Counted from the first letter of the stretch, positions 10,122 to 20,434 are shown. The stretch is 64,000 bases of DNA from an uncultured Methanolobus sp. (GCA_963675495.1 OY776215.1:160001-224000); one strand, 5' to 3'. Notes: a model not told the origin generated them from the letters alone. Program-made: numbers and translations.

Positions 10122-12326
10122 TCAGTCATCGTCGCCGCTGAAACGGGCAGATTCGTGGCAGTTGCCGCACGAGTTGGGCATTATGTCCGCATCCCGTGTG
10201 GAAAAAGGCACTAGTGCAGAGCTCTGGCCTGGCCACACCACATCGAACACATGGGATCCCGCGTTGCCCTCAGCCACAGCACTTTTACCGTCCGCATCGA
10301 GAGCCAGATGCCACTGGGCATCGTCATTCACGTCCTGAAGTTTGCCGATCTTCGGCATGTGGCACGAGGTGCACCTGCCTATTGGTAAGTTCTCATCGGT
10401 CGGGGTATAGGGGGCAACACCCATGCTTGCTTTCTCTTCCATGTGCTCGGCAACCGCACGAGCCACAGTGTCAAGAGCCATGAACCCATCTTCTCTGGTC
10501 ATATTGAGCAAGTCTTCTTTTGCAATATCTTCAAATGGCTCGTGGCTCGCATGGCAGGCCAGACACAGCATGTTGTCGTTATAGGCAGCTTCCTCGAACT
10601 TGACATCATCCACCTCAAGGTCTGGAGCACCCAGGGTGTGAGCGTCGTGGCAGGTAAAGCAGGTAAGCTTTTCGAACGGGTTGTCGTAGTGAACCGAGCG
10701 ACGCATCTCAGAAAGCATTTGGGAGTGCGACCTGGCGTGGGTCTGGTCGGGCCAGCTGTGGAATGTGCCCTCTTTCCAGATTCCGGAATAATCCTGCAGA
10801 CCGGAAGTGGGTTGATCATAATTGAAGTAGAAGTCTTCGATTTCGTACACGCCGGGCACGAAGAAACCATAGCCCAATGAGCTTTCGTAGTTGCCGTTAT
10901 AGGGGTATTTGTGAATACCTTCGGGGGTAGCACTTTTGCCCGCATGGGATCCGTGACACTGGCCACACAGCTCATTGCCTGCCTTGACCGTTAGATATTC
11001 GGGTAAGATAATCTTGGTTTTATCCCCGTTCTCCGCGTGATCCGAGCCGGGGCCGTGGCAGCTTTCGCACGTTATGTCGAGATCTTTGAACTCGAAGTTC
11101 GTGGCAACCTGTTTAGCATCGCCCGGTTCGTGGGCGTCGTCAAAATCTTGCTTCTCGATCTTTGCACCTGTGGCGTGGCATCCAGCACAGTTACGTGACA
11201 TGGTGTTTGCAGGGTAAGCCCAGTGTCCGGGGCTCTTCTGCCAGAACTTGGGTGCAGGCACATCGTTGGGACCCAGAGCGTCGCTATCCACAGGGGTGCC
11301 GTCCTGCATGAGGTACACGGGCATATAGGCTATGTAGTCTGTGTAGTCATCCTCAAGCCAGTTGGTCACATTGTTATCTTTGGCCCACTGGCGAACCCAA
11401 GGCACATCCTGCATCCTGCACATGTAACGTTGCTTGCCTTCGCCGAAGTTAGGGTGGGAGTCGTTTTGTTCATGATTGGGATCTGCCCATCCCTCGCCCC
11501 AGTTCCCCTGTCCTCCAATGGTGGCTGCCACAGGGATGAAAATGGGATTCTCCTCAGGATCGTACGTTCCGGTATCCTGTTCATCCTTCCAGGCGAAAAT
11601 GTCCCCGTCAGGCCCCGAGCAGTCGAGTTCGTTCTCGGTCAACTTCGTATCGCTTTCCGGATAGAATTTGAAGAGATACTCTTGCTCTCCTTCTTTATCC
11701 CGGGTGCAAAGGACCACGTTAACGAGACCTTCGCCATCCTGGGGGTCCTGCACCATTAGAAGGTCGCCATTGGGATCTCGGGGCAGCACTTTGTCACCGG
11801 GTTCGGGCCACATGTCAGGATAGACCATCTGATTGGTACCCTGAACCACGAAACGCGAATGTGCTGCTGCATCCCCGGTGCCATCATAAGTTTCGAACAG
11901 GTCGGACCAAGCTTTGCCGTGGCACATCTGGCATGTCGCCATGCCAACGTAGGTCGACTGGTTGCTCGGCCTGCCCGAAAGAGTAATCATGACATCAGAA
12001 ACCGTCGAACCTGATTCGACAGGGATCGACTTAAGAGTTTCACCGTCCAGGTACACTTCCGATGGTGAAGTTACGTAAAGATATACTGAGCCGGGTTCGA
12101 CGTTGGTAAGTTTGAAAGATCCATCAGACTTCGTAGTATCGGTGGCTGTTTGTCCCACCACCTGTACGATGGCATTTGATACAGGATTCATTTTGACATC
12201 CAGGATCTTCCCCTGAACCGTTTCGACATCTGGATCATTAGTTTCTGGCTTCTGTGAGACACACCCCGCTATAACGATTACTATTAATGAAAATAATACT
12301 AACAGTCCTATTTTACTCATTTTCAT
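10122..12326 (-). CDS. Octaheme c-type cytochrome lipoprotein with an N-terminal carboxypeptidase-regulatory-like domain
   Basis: Eight CxxCH motifs (CQMCH, CAGCH, CESCH, CGQCH, CFTCH, CLACH, CTSCH, CGNCH); lipobox VIAGC; visibly higher GC than its flanks. Confidence 0.9.
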   Translation of the reverse strand: MKMSKIGLLVLFSLIVIVIAGCVSQKPETNDPDVETVQGKILDVKMNPVSNAIVQVVGQTATDTTKSDGSFKLTNVEPGSVYLYVTSPSEVYLDGETLKSIPVESGSTVSDVMITLSGRPSNQSTYVGMATCQMCHGKAWSDLFETYDGTGDAAAHSRFVVQGTNQMVYPDMWPEPGDKVLPRDPNGDLLMVQDPQDGEGLVNVVLCTRDKEGEQEYLFKFYPESDTKLTENELDCSGPDGDIFAWKDEQDTGTYDPEENPIFIPVAATIGGQGNWGEGWADPNHEQNDSHPNFGEGKQRYMCRMQDVPWVRQWAKDNNVTNWLEDDYTDYIAYMPVYLMQDGTPVDSDALGPNDVPAPKFWQKSPGHWAYPANTMSRNCAGCHATGAKIEKQDFDDAHEPGDAKQVATNFEFKDLDITCESCHGPGSDHAENGDKTKIILPEYLTVKAGNELCGQCHGSHAGKSATPEGIHKYPYNGNYESSLGYGFFVPGVYEIEDFYFNYDQPTSGLQDYSGIWKEGTFHSWPDQTHARSHSQMLSEMRRSVHYDNPFEKLTCFTCHDAHTLGAPDLEVDDVKFEEAAYNDNMLCLACHASHEPFEDIAKEDLLNMTREDGFMALDTVARAVAEHMEEKASMGVAPYTPTDENLPIGRCTSCHMPKIGKLQDVNDDAQWHLALDADGKSAVAEGNAGSHVFDVVWPGQSSALVPFSTRDADIMPNSCGNCHESARFSGDDD

Positions 12327-12656
12327 TCTTTTTCCACCCCTTCTTTTCCGGTAACTATTCACCCACTCGTTAACGGCGTTAATCATGTAAAAATTGACTA
12401 CAATAAGTTATAATATTAGCGCCTCCTTCAACAAGGTCTAAATCATCGGGTGTTTTTTTCACCGGAAAACAGTGAACTTTATCCTTCCCTCAATTACAAC
12501 AGGTTCTCTGTGCTTTCTCCTGCTCAAAGAGATGATAAAGCACTCTCTTCCTAGTTTTGTCATCCAACAGCTGCCCAATATAGAAAGAACCATGGAATGC
12601 AGAACTTAGCTCCATAAGCAATATTTAGACAACATTGCTATATATCAAAAGCAGGT

Positions 12657-13039
12657 GTGAAAAAAGCGGGCATAGCTGCAAAGGATAACTCAATTACCCT
12701 GAAAAAAATGGTACAATCTCTTATCCTCAGGGTAGTCTGTCAGGAGCAACTTCACGGTTATGGCATCATAAAAGCAATTGAGCACCTAAACGAGGGTAAA
12801 CACACCATCAAATCAGGCACCATGTATACCACCCTGCGCAGGATGGAAAAGGAAGGTCTGCTGGAATCCTTCTGGGGAGGAAGTGATACAGGACCTGACA
12901 AGCGCGTATGTAAGGTTACCATGGATGGAAGCATCTCAAGGAGTGGCTTGAGATGCTCGTGGAATGGAAAAGGATGATGGAAAAGATTATCTTATTCTAT
13001 GGTCAGGAATTCAGAGGTGATAACAGTGAAGATATTTGA
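12657..13039 (+). pseudogene. PadR-family regulator, frameshifted near 12925
   Basis: HGYGIIK...GTMYTTLRRMEKEGL motif; the natural C-terminal helix KHLKEWLEMLVEWKRMMEKI is in another frame. Confidence 0.75.
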
Positions 13040-13190
13040 TGTAATAGATGAAATGAAAGGAAGGCAGCCTGCAGAGGGAACAAGATCGAACCTGCTATAC
13101 GAAGCAGGCGAGTTTAACTTAAGAAGGATAGAACTCTCTCCCCAAGATGAAATCCTCCCATGTAAGATGGCATATAATGTTGTTTTCAAT
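13026..13190 (+). pseudogene. Probable cupin-like gene, 5' fragment cut off by repeat copy 2
   Basis: LYEAGEFNLRRIELSPQDEILPCKMAYNVVF, after which the sequence switches to the repeat/MITE end. Confidence 0.45.
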
Positions 13191-13194
13191 AGTT

Positions 13195-13417
13195 TTTCTA
13201 CAGAGCTCAATTTTTCCTATATTTTTAGAGATTATTAATTGATATTGTCTGTTATGCTCTTACAGCACTGAATTAATATTCCGGTCTTCATATTAAATTA
13301 ATTGTAAATGTAATTATTTAAGTACTATTTAAGTGTATCTAGGACTGATTTGCAACTAAATTTTCACACATTTGTAGCAAATAAACAAAAAGTTTGTACG
13401 TAGAATATATCTATATT
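13195..13417 (+). repeat. Copy 2 of the ~225-bp non-coding repeat with MITE end TTTCTACAGAGCTC
   Basis: Colinear with 9561-9794. Confidence 0.9.
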
Positions 13418-13535
13418 CCAAGTATCACATAGTGTCCATCATGTTACTTTTTTCTTAAAGATTCAATTTTTTGCTTTAACTTTTTATTGTTGGCTATTGG
13501 AACGGTTCCCCATTTATATCCGTGCTCCTCCTCTG

Positions 13536-13805
13536 TTATTCCATGTTTTTTGAGATATTCTTGAGCCCCAACTGATCGCTAACTCCCAGCTCCAACTCAG
13601 AACCAATATTACCAACAATGCCATTAACTACGCTAGTGGACCTGTCACGTACATCACCTGAGTTGGCAGCTATGTAATGATTGATGAACTTGCGAATATC
13701 ATCGTAATCCTGGAATTTCTTGCCGTGTATTCGCTGACGTAGTTTATCCTGCTTGTCCACGGCAGTGAAATTAGATCCCTTGAGAACTTGCACAGGCATA
13801 TTCAT
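13536..13805 (-). CDS. Hypothetical 89-aa protein, third gene of the PASTA-protein operon
   Basis: ORF with an AAGGA RBS, 41 bp after the PASTA gene. Confidence 0.6.
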   Translation of the reverse strand: MNMPVQVLKGSNFTAVDKQDKLRQRIHGKKFQDYDDIRKFINHYIAANSGDVRDRSTSVVNGIVGNIGSELELGVSDQLGLKNISKNME

Positions 13806-13846
13806 CGTCCTTTCGCATATTCATCGTCCTTTCTTTTTACTTTTAA

Positions 13847-16231
13847 TTACTCCGTCCGCTCATCTTTAGTAATCATTAGCACTACATGAGAATTTCGTGG
13901 TACTTCTGTGTTAGCAAAGGGTGCTGTTTCTAAAACGTGACTTTCAGATCGCTTGTCGCTAGCTACAAGACTTGTCTCTACTCGTAAAGAGAACTCCTCT
14001 AATATTGCAGTGGCCTCATTCACATTTAAACCAGTAACATCAGGCACTGCGACAGGACCACTGGATACAATCAGGCTGATAGCCTCCTCTTTCTTTACTG
14101 TCGTACCTGGGTTGGGGAACTGGTTGAGTACTGTATCAAGCGGCTCCAAAGCATCTTTATACGTGACCTTATCGCTGATAACCAGCCGCGTTCTATCAAG
14201 TATTTTTTGTGCTTCTTCCAATGACATGCCTTCTACGTTTGGAACAATTATTCCCCCTGGCTCTACTTCCAAGCTTGGTCCATTGCCTATTAACTGAGTG
14301 CGTAAACGCATGGCTTCTACCTTTGTCAGACCCAGCCCTGAACAAAGCTGGTAGAGTTCGATACTAAGAGCTTCTTTGCGCGTTTTAGCGTCGAATAATG
14401 TGTCTAAACGTAACCTAATTTCTCGATCCAGTCCCTCTATTTGATCAAGAGAGAGATTATAAGAATCGTCGTTAGGCATTTGATTCAAAGCCTCCCTTAT
14501 TGGCTCCTGAACGAATGATGCTTCCTCGAGACCGACTTCTCCATAAGGTAAGCGGTCAGGTGAGGAAAGGCTCTCGATCATTTCATTACCAATTATTTCA
14601 ACAAGCTGATTTGCCGCTGCTACATGACTAAGATTAGTACCGGCTGGATTATCCATTTGCTCAGGTATGCCGATTTTGTTCTGCCATGTAAGGAAGTCCT
14701 GTTTATCTTTGGCTATATGTAAAGCTGAAGAAGTAGTACAATTTGTTGTGGTACGACCTGTAAGGAAAAGATCACCGGATTTTTTGTGTATAGTTTCGAA
14801 TATGATTTCTGCATTTTGTACTCCAACATTTTCATTATTACCTAATACTGCAGTAATCAATCCCATCAGATGACCTGGACTTTCTCTGATCCAATTACCA
14901 GTATCATCTAAATACCAGCATCTTCTGTCATTTGACTTACCAATACCAGGCATAAGAATTATTTGGTCATAATCTGGAAATGCACTGCTCAGATCACCTT
15001 TCTTATAGGCTTCTATTAATTTGGCCCGTTCATCCAGAGCAAGATCATTCCATCCTCTTCTAAGACATATTTGAATCTTATTCTTATTCTTCCTTTTCAA
15101 ATGGAAAATTGCATCATAACCGGTCTTTAGCGTATAGTTGCCTAAATCATCCCAGCGTCCATACACGATTTCTTCTAACCATTTGGCATGTTCGTTTTTA
15201 TCATCTTCATTTAATCCTAAAGCGAGTGTTGTCTTCTGAAGGTTACTGCTAACGTATAAATCACTTCTTGGTATAATCCGGGGCCAGAAAACTGTATCCA
15301 TTTCAAGATGCGCTGTTTCTAAGGTAGCTTCAACACAAATATGGGGTATATCTTTTGGGCGTTCGACAACCAAGAAAAATTCCTGAATACCTTCAAGTTT
15401 CCTTGGGCCATTAACAAATGTGTATTCGGAGTCCATTATATGAGGACGAGGAAGCACTAGAGACACAACACGATTCGTACCCAGATGGTAAGAATTGAGC
15501 AATGTGTACATGTGAGACAAATTTGTTGTGTACGAATAGTTCTCTCGTTTCTCACGCGAGTAATCGGCAGTAGTTTGATCAACGGTCTCGTGCCTTGTCC
15601 CTTTCTTGTAGCTGAGTTTAGCACCGACACCAGCTGTTTTTTCACTACCGTATTTGGCCCATGCTTCTGTGCCAAACTCTGAATATTCCAAATCGGTTGT
15701 GCCTTTTTTTGTGTTAATACCGGAACGTGATTGAGATAGAATTTGACTTCCCTCAGTTGAGGATTCGTACATCTCCCTTTTTTTTGGTTCAAAATCTAGT
15801 ATATATGGATATTTCTCAATAGGTGGAAGTGGTTCCTGAGTATCACCTGGGAATACTGCAACCTGGAGCATAGCACCGTAGCAAGGATAATATGCCCGCA
15901 CAGTCTGATTGAAATTTTGCCAAGGCTTCCATTTCCAGAGTGGTAATAGATCTTTAGGTTGCATATGAACTTCAACAAGGTTTCCCTCATTGTCGTAGCT
16001 ACCTTCATTTTGTAAACCTGTTATAGTACAGCTCACTTTTATGTAAGTAATGATACGATCATCGAACTTTTGTTCATCTTCAGTAGGCTCATAAAAAAAG
16101 ACCGCAAGCGAGGACCTCCACTTTGGAGGATATTTGCGATCCCCCGCTTTAGGGTCCATCATGTCTTTACTAGTTCCCAGTCTCTTCCATGGGATGTCAA
16201 CCGGCAAAGACATCAAATTTGAAGAAGTCAT
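13847..16231 (-). CDS. 794-aa protein with two C-terminal PASTA domains and an uncharacterised, possibly pore-forming, N-terminal region
   Basis: VPNVEGMSLEEA...VLNQFPNPG...SLIVSSG and VPDVTGLNVNEA...APFANTEV PASTA repeats; no signal peptide. Confidence 0.8.
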   Translation of the reverse strand: MTSSNLMSLPVDIPWKRLGTSKDMMDPKAGDRKYPPKWRSSLAVFFYEPTEDEQKFDDRIITYIKVSCTITGLQNEGSYDNEGNLVEVHMQPKDLLPLWKWKPWQNFNQTVRAYYPCYGAMLQVAVFPGDTQEPLPPIEKYPYILDFEPKKREMYESSTEGSQILSQSRSGINTKKGTTDLEYSEFGTEAWAKYGSEKTAGVGAKLSYKKGTRHETVDQTTADYSREKRENYSYTTNLSHMYTLLNSYHLGTNRVVSLVLPRPHIMDSEYTFVNGPRKLEGIQEFFLVVERPKDIPHICVEATLETAHLEMDTVFWPRIIPRSDLYVSSNLQKTTLALGLNEDDKNEHAKWLEEIVYGRWDDLGNYTLKTGYDAIFHLKRKNKNKIQICLRRGWNDLALDERAKLIEAYKKGDLSSAFPDYDQIILMPGIGKSNDRRCWYLDDTGNWIRESPGHLMGLITAVLGNNENVGVQNAEIIFETIHKKSGDLFLTGRTTTNCTTSSALHIAKDKQDFLTWQNKIGIPEQMDNPAGTNLSHVAAANQLVEIIGNEMIESLSSPDRLPYGEVGLEEASFVQEPIREALNQMPNDDSYNLSLDQIEGLDREIRLRLDTLFDAKTRKEALSIELYQLCSGLGLTKVEAMRLRTQLIGNGPSLEVEPGGIIVPNVEGMSLEEAQKILDRTRLVISDKVTYKDALEPLDTVLNQFPNPGTTVKKEEAISLIVSSGPVAVPDVTGLNVNEATAILEEFSLRVETSLVASDKRSESHVLETAPFANTEVPRNSHVVLMITKDERTE

Positions 16232-16232
16232 T

Positions 16233-16400
16233 TTATTTACCCCCTACAGGTTCGATTTTATGAAATACATTATTCTCTATCGAAGTATGGTCTGCTACTT
16301 GTCCGGCGCTGTTGTGAACGCAATTGCTCATGTGGTTATCGCATTCATTAAAAGCTAAATCCATCAGAAAGCAAATCATTATATTATGTTCATTTCTCAT
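16233..16400 (-). CDS. Hypothetical 55-aa Cys/His/Asn-rich peptide coupled to the PASTA gene
   Basis: GGGGAG RBS before ATG 16400; stop lies 1 bp before the next ATG. Confidence 0.45.
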   Translation of the reverse strand: MRNEHNIMICFLMDLAFNECDNHMSNCVHNSAGQVADHTSIENNVFHKIEPVGGK

Positions 16401-16806
16401 TTCTACTCCCCAGAAAAACCATTTATAAGTAATAAATAAAATTTTGTGCATCATTCAAAGTTAAAAATATCAAAGTTATTTCAATGCAAACAAACATCTT
16501 CGGTTTAATTTCAGTTTTTTTAAAACATTTAATTATATATTTCTCATTTGCAAAACATTTTGCGAAACAAAGCTAAGTAAAAGAAATACTAATTAAAAAA
16601 AGAAAGTATAGCACTAAGATGATTGCTATTCTAATCAAGGACAAATACCTGAACATTGTGCTTAATCAACTATTAGCAGTGTCAAGGACAAGAATTCATC
16701 TGGTCCACATAAGTCCATTTTGCCACAGAGACAAGAGGCGGAAAAAAAGTTAAGTTTAAATAAATTGAGAGATAAAGTGGTGAGCAAGGCACCACTTATT
16801 TTTTCT

Positions 16807-17442
16807 TTACTCGGTAAAGACAACGTTGACTTCTTTAACATCCCAGAGAGATTCTATCTTTTCAAGGACCTCTTCTTTGATATTTGTTGCAAACTGGTGG
16901 TTAGATGGCAGGTCAATAAGTATCCTTACAACACCATCATTGATCTCCATTTTAGTCACAAGTTCGGTCCTGACAATGTCAAGTCCGGCCATTGGGTTCA
17001 TTACATGCTTCAACCTGCTCCTGATAACATCTGGTGTAGTTGCTTCCTGTTCGGTTACAAGACCGTGCTTTTCCTCATAATCACGGATAGCAGCCCTCAG
17101 ACCTTCAACTGCCAGCACTGAGCAGTGTGCTTTAACAGGTGGTAGACCTCCAAGTTCTTCTGTGGCTTCCTGCCATGAGATCTTTTTTGCTTCTTCTATG
17201 GTCTTGCCCTTTGCAAGTTCTGTAATGATGGAAGCTGTGGCAATGTTGGAAGCACATCCATATGATTCGAATTTGATATCATCAATTACCAGTGTATCCG
17301 GGTTGACCTGCAAGTAAACAGCGACCATGTCCCCACATGCAGGACTTCCTTCAAGTCCTTTTCCATCTGGCTCTTCCATTTTCCCTACGTTACGGGGGTT
17401 CTTAAAGTGCTCAAGCACCTTCTCAGTATATGGGAATTTCAT
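16807..17442 (-). CDS. iscU: Fe-S scaffold IscU/NifU with a C-terminal DUF59 (SufT/MIP18-like) domain
   Basis: YTEKVLEHFKNPRN, ACGD, YGCAS and KAHC motifs; extra domain LKHVMNPMAGLDIV. Confidence 0.9.
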   Translation of the reverse strand: MKFPYTEKVLEHFKNPRNVGKMEEPDGKGLEGSPACGDMVAVYLQVNPDTLVIDDIKFESYGCASNIATASIITELAKGKTIEEAKKISWQEATEELGGLPPVKAHCSVLAVEGLRAAIRDYEEKHGLVTEQEATTPDVIRSRLKHVMNPMAGLDIVRTELVTKMEINDGVVRILIDLPSNHQFATNIKEEVLEKIESLWDVKEVNVVFTE

Positions 17443-17451
17443 CTTCTCACC

Positions 17452-18618
17452 TCATTTGTTAAACAGGGGACTGATTGCCCTTAGCTGGGTCACTACTTCT
17501 TTCATTGCATCTACAATAGCGTCTACATCTTCCTTGCTGTTGTATCGTCCGAATGTGAATCTGATTGAACCGTGTGCACGTTCGTGGTCACCACCAATAC
17601 CCAGTATCACGTGGCTTGCCTCAAGTGAACGGCTAAAGCAGGCTGATCCGGTACTCACTGCAAAACCTCTCATATCCAGATGTAGTGTCATTGATTCACC
17701 TTCAACATAGTGGAAAGTTATATTGGCATTTTGTGGGGTTCTTTGTGTTCTGTTTCCATTGAGTGTCACATGTGGGATCTCATCAAAGACCCTCTTAATT
17801 GTGTAGTCCCTCAGTGATTTGAGGAATTCAGTTTCTTCTGTGGTTACAAGTTCCACAGCTTTTGCAAAACCCACTGCACCAGGGATATTTTCAAGTCCTG
17901 CGCGGCGGTTTGTTTCCTGGAAACCTCCATCCATCCATTTCTCAAGCGGTGTGCCTTTGCGAACATACAACGCTCCGACACCTCTTGGGCCATGGATTGT
18001 GTGAGCTGACATGGTAATCAGGTCCACAGGTGTTTTTGATACATCTATTGGAACACGCACGTAACTGTGTGTGGCGTCAGTATGGAACAGTACATCCTTT
18101 TCCTTGCATATCTTTGCAATTGCATCAAGATCCTGAAGAGTGCCAATCTCCTGATTTGCATGCTGAATGGATACAAGGACAGTGTCATCACGTATCTTGC
18201 TCTTAAGTTCTTCAATATCTACAATTCCTTCTGCATCAACACTGATATAATCTACACTGTAACCCTTTTTCTCAAGGTTTTTCGCAGTGTTCAGGACAGA
18301 GAAATCTTCAATTTTAGACACTATGATGTGCTCTCCCTTCTTTTTCTTCAAAGCAGCTATGACGCCTTTGATAGCCATGTTACTTGACTCGGTCTCTCCA
18401 GATGTGAACACAATTTCCTCTGCTGAAGCACCCAGGGATGCTGCGATGGTTTCTCTGGCTTCCTCCAGTCCTTCTTTAGCTTCAATCCCCATCGAGTAAC
18501 CAAATTCGGATGTGGCCACCGCATAGGTGTCAAAGTAATAGGGTTTCATTGCATCCATTACTTTTTCATCTAATCGGGTACTGGCAGAATTATCAATATA
18601 TATCATTTTATCGAACAT
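17452..18618 (-). CDS. iscS: Cysteine desulfurase
   Basis: IYIDNSAST, FTSGETES, FHTDA and STGSAC motifs. Confidence 0.9.
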   Translation of the reverse strand: MFDKMIYIDNSASTRLDEKVMDAMKPYYFDTYAVATSEFGYSMGIEAKEGLEEARETIAASLGASAEEIVFTSGETESSNMAIKGVIAALKKKKGEHIIVSKIEDFSVLNTAKNLEKKGYSVDYISVDAEGIVDIEELKSKIRDDTVLVSIQHANQEIGTLQDLDAIAKICKEKDVLFHTDATHSYVRVPIDVSKTPVDLITMSAHTIHGPRGVGALYVRKGTPLEKWMDGGFQETNRRAGLENIPGAVGFAKAVELVTTEETEFLKSLRDYTIKRVFDEIPHVTLNGNRTQRTPQNANITFHYVEGESMTLHLDMRGFAVSTGSACFSRSLEASHVILGIGGDHERAHGSIRFTFGRYNSKEDVDAIVDAMKEVVTQLRAISPLFNK

Positions 18619-18668
18619 CTATTTCTCCTCTGAAATTATTCCTACTTTCAAAAATGTAATTGATACTC

Positions 18669-19088
18669 TCATATGAAAAGTGTTATCTTAGCGTCTTTTG
18701 CTTCCATTATATAGGTGCCTACCGCTCCATATTCATCTATCCATTCCCGGTTTAGTTGTTCTGGTGCGATTCCCATGATCTCCATGGTCATCTCACAGGC
18801 AATGACCTTTCCGCCAAGTTCCTTGTAATCTTCCATCAGTTTGTCAAGTGAAACAACGTTGGCTTTTTTCATCCTGCTTTTGATCATCCATTTTCCAAGC
18901 CCAAGGAAATTCATCTTGGATAGAGGACCTTTATCGAGTCCGTTCTTCTTCAGACGTTCCAATCCCCAGAATGTAAAGAAAAGAGAAGCATCCATGCCCA
19001 TTGAAAGTGCACCGTTTGCAACTATCATGGCGCTGTATATTTTGTCAATATCCCCACTGTGAACTATTATTACGGCCTTTTCAGCCAT
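18669..19088 (-). CDS. DsrE/DsrF-like (DsrE2) sulfur-relay protein
   Basis: FFTFWGL and IACEMTM motifs; start reassigned to ATG 19088. Confidence 0.85.
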   Translation of the reverse strand: MAEKAVIIVHSGDIDKIYSAMIVANGALSMGMDASLFFTFWGLERLKKNGLDKGPLSKMNFLGLGKWMIKSRMKKANVVSLDKLMEDYKELGGKVIACEMTMEIMGIAPEQLNREWIDEYGAVGTYIMEAKDAKITLFI

Positions 19089-19098
19089 ATAATTCCCC

Positions 19099-19320
19099 CT
19101 AACGCTTGATACGTATTTTCCATTCATCGTTTTTATCTTCAACTTCCGTAACTTCAAGTCCCATTGCCTCACAGGCCATGGGTATCTCTTTTTTGGAAGC
19201 AGGATGGGTGCCAACTATGACAATTTCATCGCCAGGCGCAGCTTTTTTAATGGCTTTACGGCATTCCACAAGAGGGACTGGACAGGTTTGTCCTCTAACG
19301 TCAATATTCGTTTCAGTCAT
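19099..19320 (-). CDS. tusA: Sulfurtransferase TusA/SirA family
   Basis: DVRGQTCPVP motif. Confidence 0.9.
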   Translation of the reverse strand: MTETNIDVRGQTCPVPLVECRKAIKKAAPGDEIVIVGTHPASKKEIPMACEAMGLEVTEVEDKNDEWKIRIKR

Positions 19321-19585
19321 ATGATCTCCCCTTTTCTATATCTGTTACTGGATAACTTAAATGTTCCTAACAACCAATACTATGAATTTTTAGATATTTA
19401 ACAATTGTGAATCGAAATTTATTATTAATATATGAGTAAATATCGCATCTCATAACTTCGGGAATGATTGAATGAAACCGTATTCAAACGAACATTTTGT
19501 TTTCATTGTTATGAAATGCATTTTGTGATCGTAGTTCCCAGCTAAACTCAAATCATCTTGTGTAAAAAGTATCTATCATATGCTA

Positions 19586-20434
19586 TTAGGCTGAAATGAA
19601 CACAATTGCAAGCATGGCAACAGCTACTCCTATCCATTGTTTTGAAGACAATTTTTCTTTTAGTATCAGCCATGCAAGCAACACTGTACCTGCAGGGTAG
19701 AGGGATGAGAGGATGGAGGCAATATCGAGTCTGCCTGCCTGGGAGGCCAGTGCAAAAAAGGTGTTTCCTCCTGTGTCAAAGATTCCTGCAATGATAATTA
19801 CAGGAAGGATATTTTTAGGTGGGAGGTACACCTGTTTGCTTAATGCAATAAATATAATTAATGTCACCACAGCTGCTATTCTTGCAGCAGTAAGGGGCCA
19901 GAGTACAGCCGTATCGCTGACCTTGTCAATGGATATGAAAAACAGTCCGAATCCCATTCCGGCGACCAATGGGAGCACAAGGTCTGTGCGTTTGATCTTG
20001 CTGTTTTCGTCTCCTCCACCGGCAATGAGCCAGACTGCTACAAGTGCAAAAACAAAACCGACTATTTGGTGAACAGCAGGCAATCCTTCATAGAATGAAC
20101 CGTAGATCACAGGTACAGTAGCAGCTATTACTGCGGAAATTGGTGCCACAAATCCCATCCGACCCTGCGAGAGACCACGGTAAAGTGCCAGAAGTCCGAT
20201 GCTGATGAAAACTCCGGCAACAGCTCCCCAAATCATACCGCCAAGGGGTGGCACTTTCTCTGCCATCAGATAAGCTGAAGCTGCAAGAAGAAAAACTCCG
20301 ACTAGTTGAGTTATCAGAACAACACTATAGACATTTGCACGTTTGGAGGCAAATCCACCACTGAAATCTCCGGCACCCCAACATATAGCTGCCACAAGTC
20401 CAAAGAAAACCACAAGAAATTCAGCAGGTATCAT
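19586..20434 (-). CDS. EamA/DMT family transporter
   Basis: 10 TM helices; WGAGDFSGG and SSLYP...LKEKLS motifs. Confidence 0.85.
   Translation of the reverse strand: MIPAEFLVVFFGLVAAICWGAGDFSGGFASKRANVYSVVLITQLVGVFLLAASAYLMAEKVPPLGGMIWGAVAGVFISIGLLALYRGLSQGRMGFVAPISAVIAATVPVIYGSFYEGLPAVHQIVGFVFALVAVWLIAGGGDENSKIKRTDLVLPLVAGMGFGLFFISIDKVSDTAVLWPLTAARIAAVVTLIIFIALSKQVYLPPKNILPVIIIAGIFDTGGNTFFALASQAGRLDIASILSSLYPAGTVLLAWLILKEKLSSKQWIGVAVAMLAIVFISA

Noticed and set aside
10072-11947. Many overlapping ORFs in other frames over the cytochrome gene, and similar antisense ORFs across the window
   Set aside because: Shadow frames of real genes, favoured by high GC; no motifs or RBS.
12420-12620. Coding-like fragment upstream of the cytochrome gene
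   Set aside because: Stops in all frames tried and no recognisable family.
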